From Spirochaetota bacterium (GTDB lineage: Bacteria; Spirochaetota; UBA4802; UBA5550), in the NCBI GenBank assembly GCA_025457915.1, contig JALOTL010000018.1, positions 8,791 to 72,790 of the forward strand: a stretch of DNA of 64,000 nucleotides. Reading direction: 5' to 3'. Under the pieces are notes generated by a model. That model saw nothing but the letters and a program-made list of their open reading frames with translations, had not been told where the DNA came from and made no database searches. A program made the translations under genes and the position numbers. Below, piece after piece: positions 47,618 to 54,906 of the stretch. Positions within the stretch are counted from its first letter, which is position 1. Each line of letters begins with the position of its first letter.

Positions 47618-47871
47618 TATGAAGAAGATTTTGGCGCAAATGGAGAAGATAACGGCGCCTGTATATGAGGACCGCCGTATATATGTAATCCCGAAAACGT
47701 ATGATGACAAAAACGCCGAATGGTCCGGCGTTTTTTTGTGGATGTGAAATCGCGCGTGTCTGTGTCCCGGGTTTCGTTATGGCCGGGGATGATGAGCGGT
47801 TTACCCCGGGATTAAAGGTTTTGTACAGTGGCACCGGTTTCTCCCCACAGGCGCCGATTCGAATCGGCGCC
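47618..47871 (+). repeat. ~250-nt REP-associated module, copy 2 (ends in REP 47850-47871)
   Basis: Direct repeat of 46589-46818. Terminator-like hairpin AACGCCG..CGGCGTT plus T7 at 47712-47737. Confidence 0.85.
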
Positions 47872-48009
47872 TGTGATGAAGATATTGGCGCAAATGGAGA
47901 AAATAACGGCGCATATAAGCAATATGGGAGCCGGCGTGTAGGTCGGGCACATGCTGGAAGGATCTATGGGTATGAATGTGCATGTGTGGGACAACAAGAG
48001 CGGTTTATG

Positions 48010-48351
48010 TCAGAGGCTGTCGGACAATTTTTTTATCTTATCCCTTAACGGGTGAATATCTTCTTTAATTGTTTTCCATAAAATCATGCCGTCAATCCCG
48101 AAATATTCATGGATGAGCTTGTCCCTCATCCCTGCCATGAATTTCCAGGGGATGCCGGCTTCTTTTTGTTTAATTTCATCCGGAATTTTTTTTGACGCCT
48201 CTCCGATGACCTCGATGCATCTGACCACCGCGTTATACGTTTTTTTGTCTTTTATGAATTCTTCACGGGACATGTCTCCGGTGAATTCGGATATGTCTTC
48301 AATTGATTCCATGATGTCGTTTAGATAGTCCCTGTAGTCCCGGCTTTTCAT
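48010..48351 (-). CDS. hepT: HepT-like (DUF86) toxin
   Basis: RDKLIHEY (Rx4HxY) motif, 113 aa, 4-nt overlap with the upstream mntA. Confidence 0.85.
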   Translation of the reverse strand: MKSRDYRDYLNDIMESIEDISEFTGDMSREEFIKDKKTYNAVVRCIEVIGEASKKIPDEIKQKEAGIPWKFMAGMRDKLIHEYFGIDGMILWKTIKEDIHPLRDKIKKLSDSL

Positions 48352-48671
48352 ATGTATACGACCTCTGAAAGTATGCTCCTGCCTATAAAAGGCTTGAGGG
48401 CGTTTTTTGAAACCAGGTCTACTTTTATTTCCAGGGCCGCTTCAAGGTATTCTTCCAGCTCCATGAATTTGAAAAACCCTACAGGCTCGAGAAATTCCAC
48501 GAGTATGTCCACGTCGCTTTCCGGACCGTTTTCCCCCCTGGCATATGACCCGAATATCCCGATCGTTTTAACTTTATAATCGGTCTTGAGCTTGTCGCGT
48601 ATGCCTGAGATTTTTGCTTCTATTTCGTTAAGTTTTTTCATTTTATTCACGCGTGTGTCAGTTAGATCCAT
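48348..48671 (-). CDS. mntA: MntA-like nucleotidyltransferase antitoxin
   Basis: GIFGSYARGENGPESDVDILVEF (GSx10DxD) motif. Confidence 0.85.
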   Translation of the reverse strand: MDLTDTRVNKMKKLNEIEAKISGIRDKLKTDYKVKTIGIFGSYARGENGPESDVDILVEFLEPVGFFKFMELEEYLEAALEIKVDLVSKNALKPFIGRSILSEVVYI

Positions 48672-48765
48672 TTTTTAACCGCGGTTTTTCAATATGTCAA
48701 GATTTAAATTGATCATCACCGTCGTGTCGGCTTCATCTCACCCGGGGCGCCGGTTTCTCCCCGCA

Positions 48766-48880
48766 GGCGCCGATTCGAACCGCGCCTGTATATGAGGACC
48801 GATGCGTATATATGATGCCGAAAACGTATGATGACAAAAACGCCGAAACGGACCGGCGTTTTTTTTATTGATGTGAAACA
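48766..48880 (+). repeat. degenerate REP plus partial module, copy 3
   Basis: GGCGCCGATTCGAACCGCGCC (one base missing) is followed by TGTATATGAGGACCG..; terminator-like hairpin at 48839-48866. Confidence 0.8.
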
Positions 48881-48982
48881 GCATGCATGCGCGGCTATTA
48901 TTTTTTAGCACTTTTACGGCACCCGCGGGTATAACAATCATCTAAAACAAATACGGAAAATTTTAATCGAGGAAGCCCGGAT

Positions 48983-50293
48983 ATGAAAAATTCATCATTC
49001 GTAATCATTGTTGCGCTCATTATCTGCTTGAATTCAGGATGCAACCGCGCGGGAAACCATAAAACAAATCCACTGCTAACCGTTCCTTTTGTGACGCAGT
49101 CAACGTCCAGGCCGGGTAGTTTCTGCGAATTCAACGGGAAGCTGTATTTCGCCGCCGACGACGGCGTCAACGGGAGGGAGCTGTGGTGCGTGGACGGTAC
49201 GAACCCGCCGGCCCTCGCGTACGACCTTGACACGGACCCGGCCGTTTATGATGAGGACGGAAGAGCCTCGTCCGGGACCTCCGATGCGTACAGCCTCACG
49301 GTCCATGACGGGAAGCTTTATTTTTTTTCAAAAGGCGACCTGTATTCCTTCGACGGATCATCCATTCCCGTAGCCGGGCTGAGCATGGAAGCCATGGACG
49401 CGGGCAGGCCTGAAAAGCTGTATTCGTTCGGCGGCAGCCTGTATTTTTTCACGGAGAAAAGCGAGGGAAGCTGCAGCTTCTGGAGATACGACTGCGTCAA
49501 TCCGCCTGTGCTGCTGACGGTCTTTACGAGGACGAACGGAGAGCGTCCCTGCCTGCCTGACTGGATCATGGACCACAACGGGAGGCTCTACTTCGACATG
49601 GACGACGGCGCGCACGGACGCGAGCCCTGGATGTGCGACGGAGTCAATCCTCCGTCCATGGTCGCTGACATGGTTCCCGGCGCGGCGGGCTCGCGTCCGG
49701 CAAAACCGGCCTCGTTCGGCGGGAAGCTGTATTTCGGATGCCTGCCCGGAAGCAGGACTCAGGCCCCGTACCTGTACGAATACGACGGCGTCAATCCTCC
49801 GGCTGCTGTATATCCGGCAGGCGGCTACATGTATCCTGAAAGCGCGGCCGTGTTTAACGGAAGGCTTTATTTCAGCGCGTCGGACGCGGCACACGGCCGG
49901 GAGATCTGGTCGTTCGACGGGACGAACCCCCCGGCGATGGCGTTCGATCTTGTGCCCGGAGTAAAAGGTTCGGAACCGGGGCCACTTTTTTCGACTGGCT
50001 CCCGCCTTTATTTCAGGGCCAATTCAAGGGCGTACGACGACGATTACTGCTGGACCCATGACAATTATTTGTGGCTGTATGACGGGACCAATCCCCCGGC
50101 GATAGCATACAATAAGCAGACTTCGGCGGTATTCCATGAATACGGCGGAAGGGTTTTTTTCGCGCGGGACAGGGACGGCTATTACGGGTCGGATTACGAG
50201 CCGGCTGAATTCAATGAAGCAAGCGGAATGATAACGGAATACGACATCAACAACAGGATTTTTACAAGATATTTCATGCCTTTCACAATGTAG
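48983..50293 (+). CDS. ELWxxDGT-repeat lipoprotein
   Basis: Lipobox ICLNSGC. Repeats GRELWCVDGTNPP, GREPWMCDGVNPP and GREIWSFDGTNPP. Confidence 0.75.
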   Translation: MKNSSFVIIVALIICLNSGCNRAGNHKTNPLLTVPFVTQSTSRPGSFCEFNGKLYFAADDGVNGRELWCVDGTNPPALAYDLDTDPAVYDEDGRASSGTSDAYSLTVHDGKLYFFSKGDLYSFDGSSIPVAGLSMEAMDAGRPEKLYSFGGSLYFFTEKSEGSCSFWRYDCVNPPVLLTVFTRTNGERPCLPDWIMDHNGRLYFDMDDGAHGREPWMCDGVNPPSMVADMVPGAAGSRPAKPASFGGKLYFGCLPGSRTQAPYLYEYDGVNPPAAVYPAGGYMYPESAAVFNGRLYFSASDAAHGREIWSFDGTNPPAMAFDLVPGVKGSEPGPLFSTGSRLYFRANSRAYDDDYCWTHDNYLWLYDGTNPPAIAYNKQTSAVFHEYGGRVFFARDRDGYYGSDYEPAEFNEASGMITEYDINNRIFTRYFMPFTM

Positions 50294-50351
50294 GAAGAGG
50301 GGCGGGATTTTTTTGATGGGAATGCGAGACGGATGCCGGTTTCTCCCCGCG

Positions 50352-50373
50352 GGCGCCGATTCGAATCGGCGCC
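50352..50373. repeat. REP palindrome, variant B
   Basis: Perfect 22-nt palindrome with the CCGGTTTCTCCCCGCG lead-in. Confidence 0.9.
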
Positions 50374-50453
50374 TGTTTTTGTGAACTTGAAACTGGGCGT
50401 TTTTGTTTTCAGGGTCATTGGTCGGGTGTTTAGATCCGTATTGAATACATCGA

Positions 50454-50636
50454 TTATCGCTTTACATCTTCCCATTTTCGCGCGGCACCTTTAACTTTTT
50501 TTGCACTGTCGTAGGAGGCTACGTCTTCAAGTTCTTCAATGTAGCAGACCAGCCTGTCGAATTCCTTTTTTGTAAGGACCACGCTTGCGGCTTTCCCGTT
50601 TTTATCAGTTATGATCCGTTTTTTTATCTGGAGCAT
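50454..50636 (-). CDS. antitoxin-like small protein without adjacent toxin
   Basis: 60 aa, with LTKKEFDRLVCYIEELEDVASYDSAKK resembling RelB/Phd-class antitoxin tails. AAGAGG RBS. Confidence 0.45.
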   Translation of the reverse strand: MLQIKKRIITDKNGKAASVVLTKKEFDRLVCYIEELEDVASYDSAKKVKGAARKWEDVKR

Positions 50637-50789
50637 CGGTGCCTCTTGAATCTTTTTAAATTGATACGGTAAAAGCATTTTTTCATAATGAATCTGATAA
50701 CAGGTCCTCTATATAATTAATATACGGACGGGATGTCAATTATTAAAACATTTTTTTTATTGGTAAAAGACCGGACAGCGAAGATTACA

Positions 50790-51863
50790 TCACAGCGGCC
50801 CGCCGCATTTTCTCGCGAGACCCACGGAGTAGCTGGTCGAGGGCGTGTTGGTCCTGCCGGTGAAATACAGGTACCAGGTCGTCCCGTCGGTTACGATTGA
50901 AGTAGTGTAGGTGCGCACGTCCCTCCATGCCACGCCGTCGGATATCGAGAAGACCGGGTTTGACGCTGATTTTGTGAAGGTCAAACCGTCCGCGGACGTT
51001 GCGTATCCGAAGGCTCCGTCGTTGCTCGTAGTGCCCGCGCTGTAGAACAGGACATATATGCTTCCGTATTTCATGATGAAAGGGGCGATGGTCTTCCAGC
51101 CCGCGCTCTCCCATGCCTGGTACGGCGGCCCGACCACGTCAATCGCCTGGCCGGTCCAGTCGATGCCGTTCGCCGAGGTGTAGTACTGGATCAATCCGAG
51201 GCCGTTGTCCGAGTATCCCTTCCAGGAAGTCCCGCCCTCGTAAATGACCGCCAGGTTGTAAACGGTGGTGTTCCCTCCGTAATTGTTGATGCCGGTGCAC
51301 GCGCCTATGTCGGTCCAGGCCTGCCCGTCTGCCGAGTGCGCCACCCGCGGCGGGTCTGTCCAGATGGCGCCGTTGGTGTAGTACATGAGGAAAGGCCCGG
51401 CATAGGAAGTCCCCCCTATGGTCCAGCCGCCTGTCCGGTAAAGCACCCTGGGGTGATACGGGCCGGAAACCGGGACAAGTCCCGTCACTGTCGGAGCGGG
51501 AAAGGCCGCGTCGTTGAAGTCCGGGTGAGTGCTTGTCGCGTGCCTGGTGTTGGCGCCGTCGCCGTACCAGATGTGGTAAGTGCCGCCCGCGTACAGGACG
51601 AACGGATAATAGGCCCTGTCGGTCCCTGATGTCCCTCCGCCGTGAATTATCGGGTTTCCCGCGTCCTCGGTCCACACCGCCGGGCCGGTACAGCCGGAAG
51701 TGCCAGGGGTACCACCGATCGGCGGAACCAGCGGCCATGGTTTGTCGGTCAGCGCTTTTTTCATGGGATCGTCCGAACAGACCGTGAAGAACGCGGCCGT
51801 TAAAACCAGGAGCGCCGCCGTCAGAAAAGCCGGGTTTATGATGGATTTATTTTTCCTGTTCAT
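50790..51863 (-). CDS. beta-propeller (glycoside-hydrolase-like) lipoprotein
   Basis: Lipobox FFTVCS. Repeated W/Y-rich blade motifs (YHIWYGDG, FLMYYTNG, VLFYSAG, WYLYFTG). Start at 51863. Confidence 0.55.
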   Translation of the reverse strand: MNRKNKSIINPAFLTAALLVLTAAFFTVCSDDPMKKALTDKPWPLVPPIGGTPGTSGCTGPAVWTEDAGNPIIHGGGTSGTDRAYYPFVLYAGGTYHIWYGDGANTRHATSTHPDFNDAAFPAPTVTGLVPVSGPYHPRVLYRTGGWTIGGTSYAGPFLMYYTNGAIWTDPPRVAHSADGQAWTDIGACTGINNYGGNTTVYNLAVIYEGGTSWKGYSDNGLGLIQYYTSANGIDWTGQAIDVVGPPYQAWESAGWKTIAPFIMKYGSIYVLFYSAGTTSNDGAFGYATSADGLTFTKSASNPVFSISDGVAWRDVRTYTTSIVTDGTTWYLYFTGRTNTPSTSYSVGLARKCGGPL

Positions 51864-52599
51864 CCTGTTTTTCCACGCCGTTTTCCGGTCCGGGCCCGGT
51901 GTCTTTCTTTTCAGAAGGCACCCCGTCAATGTTCTTATTTGACTCCGGCGAGTCCTTATTATCTTTATCGGCAGGCGGAGCGGCCGCGTCCCTGTTTTCG
52001 CGGAAATTGAAAGTATAACCCGCGCCGAGCGTAAAGCTGATCGCGGGCAGGGTGTTTGAAAAATTCGTCACAAGGTAGTGGCCGATTCCGGCAATTAAGT
52101 AAAAGTCCTTCATTTCCCTGTGGGCGTATTCCGCGTTTATTCCGAGCTGGTATCCCAAGTCGCCCCCGGTCGAGCCTGTCCTGGCGCTTTTGTAGCTGTT
52201 CAGGTACAGCCCGAACCCGGCATAGGGCCTGAGGGAGAATTTTCCGATATTCGTGGTAAAATCGAGCAGACTTGTATTGAAGACGGCATTGATCGTAAAG
52301 GGAAACATGAGCATCCGCCTGCCGCTCTCTGTTTTGTGGGACAGGTACTGCATCCCCCATCCCGCCTCCGGATAAATCCTGAGCCCGTTGTCGAACCTGG
52401 CCTGGTACAGGCCCGTGGCATAAATGAGAAAGCCGGGCATGGATTTGTACTCCCTGCCGTATTCGCCCAGGACTACTGGATACCCGAGGTTGATGCCGGT
52501 TTTGATGAAACCGCATTTTTCGAACGTGAGGGCGCGTGAAGAGATTGAAAAGAAATGGATGAAGGTCAGAATCAAAACGATGATGTAAATTTTCCGCAT
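51847..52599 (-). CDS. small outer-membrane beta-barrel protein
   Basis: Signal peptide, beta-strand alternation, low-complexity acidic tail. Overlaps the downstream lipoprotein gene by 17 nt. Confidence 0.6.
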   Translation of the reverse strand: MRKIYIIVLILTFIHFFSISSRALTFEKCGFIKTGINLGYPVVLGEYGREYKSMPGFLIYATGLYQARFDNGLRIYPEAGWGMQYLSHKTESGRRMLMFPFTINAVFNTSLLDFTTNIGKFSLRPYAGFGLYLNSYKSARTGSTGGDLGYQLGINAEYAHREMKDFYLIAGIGHYLVTNFSNTLPAISFTLGAGYTFNFRENRDAAAPPADKDNKDSPESNKNIDGVPSEKKDTGPGPENGVEKQDEQEK

Positions 52600-52817
52600 A
52601 GATATCCTAAAAAAATTATCTGATAATCGCCCCGATTGCCTCCGTTTTTTATCTATGTTGTTTTCATTCGGGCCATGGGTATCTTAATAAAATTATCGAT
52701 AACAGTTGTTTATAAAATACTGAAAAATTTAAATTTTTCAATAAAAAATTTAATAATATTCTATTACATGGATGAATCCGGTAAAGTTCAAATTTAACTG
52801 ATAAAAAAAGGCTTTGT

Positions 52818-52863
52818 GCCGGAAAGATAGAAGTTGAAACGAGGTTGATTCGAGGTTGATACG
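52818..52863 (+). repeat. ~45-nt motif with tandem GAGGTTGAT repeats, copy 2
   Basis: GCCGGAAAGATAGAAGTTGAAACGAGGTTGATTCGAGGTTGATACG, matching 3041-3087. Confidence 0.8.
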
Positions 52864-53204
52864 TTCCGTATATTTTGATTAATACAGATGTTTTTAATGG
52901 GAGACCTACCGAAGAATCCTGTATTTTTTAAAAATACTGGTCCGGATCGTTGATTAATTAAATACCGGGAATTTAATTTTTAGAACAGATTTCCGTCAGG
53001 AAAAAATTATCATATGAATACCGGAGGATTATCCATGCTGAAGGCCCGCTGCTGGCACGACTTTGCCGCCTCCGCTGAAAAATTATCACGGGACGGGGCC
53101 GGGCGGATGCTTTTCTTTCACGATGAATTGAACTGCAGGGACTTCGGGAGCAAGCGGCATGCTCAAGTCCGCCCGGTGTACTGACTTTAAGTGAGCGGCG
53201 TCCC

Positions 53205-53414
53205 CTACGGCTTTTTCCTCATACTGTTCCAGAGGTGCGGCAGGTACGCCCCGACGATTATCAGGATGAGCCCTATAAGGGTCCACTTGGTGAAAAGGAC
53301 GTTTTCCTGGAAGCGCGAGAGCCCCACGTTCAGTATGCTGATGTACCAGCCCATCACCATCAGGCCCAGGCTGAACATGTGCGGTATTATGTTTCTTTTA
53401 AGATTGTCGAGCAT
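53205..53414 (-). CDS. small two-helix membrane protein
   Basis: 69 aa with two hydrophobic helices. AAGGAA RBS. Confidence 0.5.
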   Translation of the reverse strand: MLDNLKRNIIPHMFSLGLMVMGWYISILNVGLSRFQENVLFTKWTLIGLILIIVGAYLPHLWNSMRKKP

Positions 53415-53530
53415 GGTTTTTTCCTTTTAATAAATTGATATCTGACATTATAGGGCCCCGGATCGGGGTTTTGTCAATTACAATAAGGCGGTTATCCGGC
53501 CAGGCCGCGCTGAATATTGACCCGAGTTGT

Positions 53531-53926
53531 TCATTTCTTTCCTTTTAAATCAAGTATGGCTTTTACGAGATTCAGCGTATCGAAAAATACCTCGTTTCTT
53601 GAAATTTTTCCGCCTGTAATCTCCACTATGTCCATGCCGAATTCCGTGATCGTCATGCCGCCGACCGGGATGACTGCTTTCCATTTAAAGGTAAAGCCCC
53701 TGTCCGCCGGGAATATTTCCTCAGCCGTCCATATCCATTCAGGATTGTTCCCGAGGAGTTTTTTGAGATAGGAAAGGATTTCTCCCCTGCCTCTCAGCCC
53801 GTTTTTAACGGTCGGGTCGCTGTAAAAAGCGCCTTCTCCGTAAAAATCGATGAGCCGATCGGGATCGTTTCCGGTCCATGAGGGGAGCCACCTGTCGCAA
53901 AATTGTGCAGCTTCATCGTGTTCCAT
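53531..53926 (-). CDS. NTF2/SnoaL-like fold protein
   Basis: 131 aa. The pattern WLPSWTGNDPDRLIDFYGEGAFYSDP is typical of SnoaL-like domains. Confidence 0.55.
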   Translation of the reverse strand: MEHDEAAQFCDRWLPSWTGNDPDRLIDFYGEGAFYSDPTVKNGLRGRGEILSYLKKLLGNNPEWIWTAEEIFPADRGFTFKWKAVIPVGGMTITEFGMDIVEITGGKISRNEVFFDTLNLVKAILDLKGKK

Positions 53927-53986
53927 TGGGATGCTCCTTCTGACATGAAATTTTTTATGCCGTGCTGCGGCAATCGATCGTTCCCG

Positions 53987-54865
53987 TTACCTTCCCGGGA
54001 ACCAGGGTATTATCCTGGAAGTCCTTCCGGCGTAATTTTTGTAGGACGGATATTTCCGCGATGAAATTTTTTCCGTCAGGACGGTGGAACCGTGGAACAG
54101 AAGGGTCAGGAGGACCGCCCCGGCGATGCTCCAGTGGAGCCACATGCCCGAGGCGGAAACGCCGAAGAGGTACACGGTCCACCAGATGCTTATTTCCGCG
54201 AAGTAATTCGGGTGCCTTGAATACCTGAAGAGCCCGGATGACAGGAATCCTTCCCCGGTGCCGCCGGTTTTTTTGGACTGATGGAAATTCCACTGCTGCT
54301 GGTCCGCGAGCGTCTCAAAGCCGAGAAGTGCGAGGAAGAGCATGGCGGCAATTATGTCGAGCGTCCCGATTTTTTCCGTGTACCTGAAGGCCATCCACGC
54401 GGGCATGACGAACAGGACGAAGAGAAGGTTCTGGTACGCGGATATGAATATCAGGTTGAATGCCTGCCACAGGAACCTGTTTTTTATCACCTTCCTGACC
54501 TCGGCCCAGCGGTAATCCTCCATCCCGGAGTATCCCCCCTTCCTGGCGAAATTGAAGGTGAGCCTCGCGCCCCAGAGGGTCACGAGGACCGCCATGACGA
54601 GGAGCCTGGCGTCCGGAAATTTCCGCAGGGCGAATATCCACGTGTAAATCACTGGGACTATGCTCCACAGCCTGTCGACGTAAGAATAATCGCCTGTTAC
54701 AAGCCCTGCGATGAAGCTCGTCGCCGCGAGGGACGCCGCGACCAGGGCGATGATTTCCAGCGGGTCGGCGTTTGCCAGGAAACTTGCCGGACTGCCCATG
54801 GACCAGGAGGTAATCGTGACTCCTGCGGACGCGGCGGAGATCATTAAAAACAGGATGAATTTCAT
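53987..54865 (-). CDS. DUF1295 / steroid-5-alpha-reductase-like membrane protein
   Basis: GLFRYSRHPNYFAEISIWW motif; polytopic. Confidence 0.75.
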   Translation of the reverse strand: MKFILFLMISAASAGVTITSWSMGSPASFLANADPLEIIALVAASLAATSFIAGLVTGDYSYVDRLWSIVPVIYTWIFALRKFPDARLLVMAVLVTLWGARLTFNFARKGGYSGMEDYRWAEVRKVIKNRFLWQAFNLIFISAYQNLLFVLFVMPAWMAFRYTEKIGTLDIIAAMLFLALLGFETLADQQQWNFHQSKKTGGTGEGFLSSGLFRYSRHPNYFAEISIWWTVYLFGVSASGMWLHWSIAGAVLLTLLFHGSTVLTEKISSRKYPSYKNYAGRTSRIIPWFPGR

Positions 54866-54906
54866 GGTATCTCTCCTTTCGTGTTGTTGTACCGTTTTAT
54901 CGGGAC

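Larger units (their letters stand above)
46549..47871. mobile_element. RAYT gene flanked by REP-bounded direct-repeat modules
   Basis: The layout is REP (46567-46588), module (46589-46818), the rayT CDS on the minus strand with an internal REP, REP (47596-47617), then a second module (47618-47871). Confidence 0.65.

Noticed and set aside
46615-48048. ORFs 46615..46923, 47556..47747, 47562..47834, 47701..48048, 47801..47997 and 48738..48941
   Set aside because: They translate the repeated REP modules; the recurring peptide GADSNRR / APIRIGA is the palindrome itself. They are non-coding repeats, not genes.
42497-50373. Possible tRNA fragments or a CRISPR array, suggested by repeated GGTTCGAA / GATTCGAATC sequences
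   Set aside because: The sequences are perfect palindromes without acceptor, D or anticodon arms, so they are not tRNAs. Their spacing is irregular (0.2-1.5 kb), they bracket genes and no cas genes are present, so they are not a CRISPR array.
53014-53184. 56-aa plus-strand ORF (MNTGGLSMLKARCWHDF..) in the long spacer
   Set aside because: It has no RBS, no motif and no hydrophobic segment, and it is below the reliable size. It may be a gene relic, but that is unsupported.
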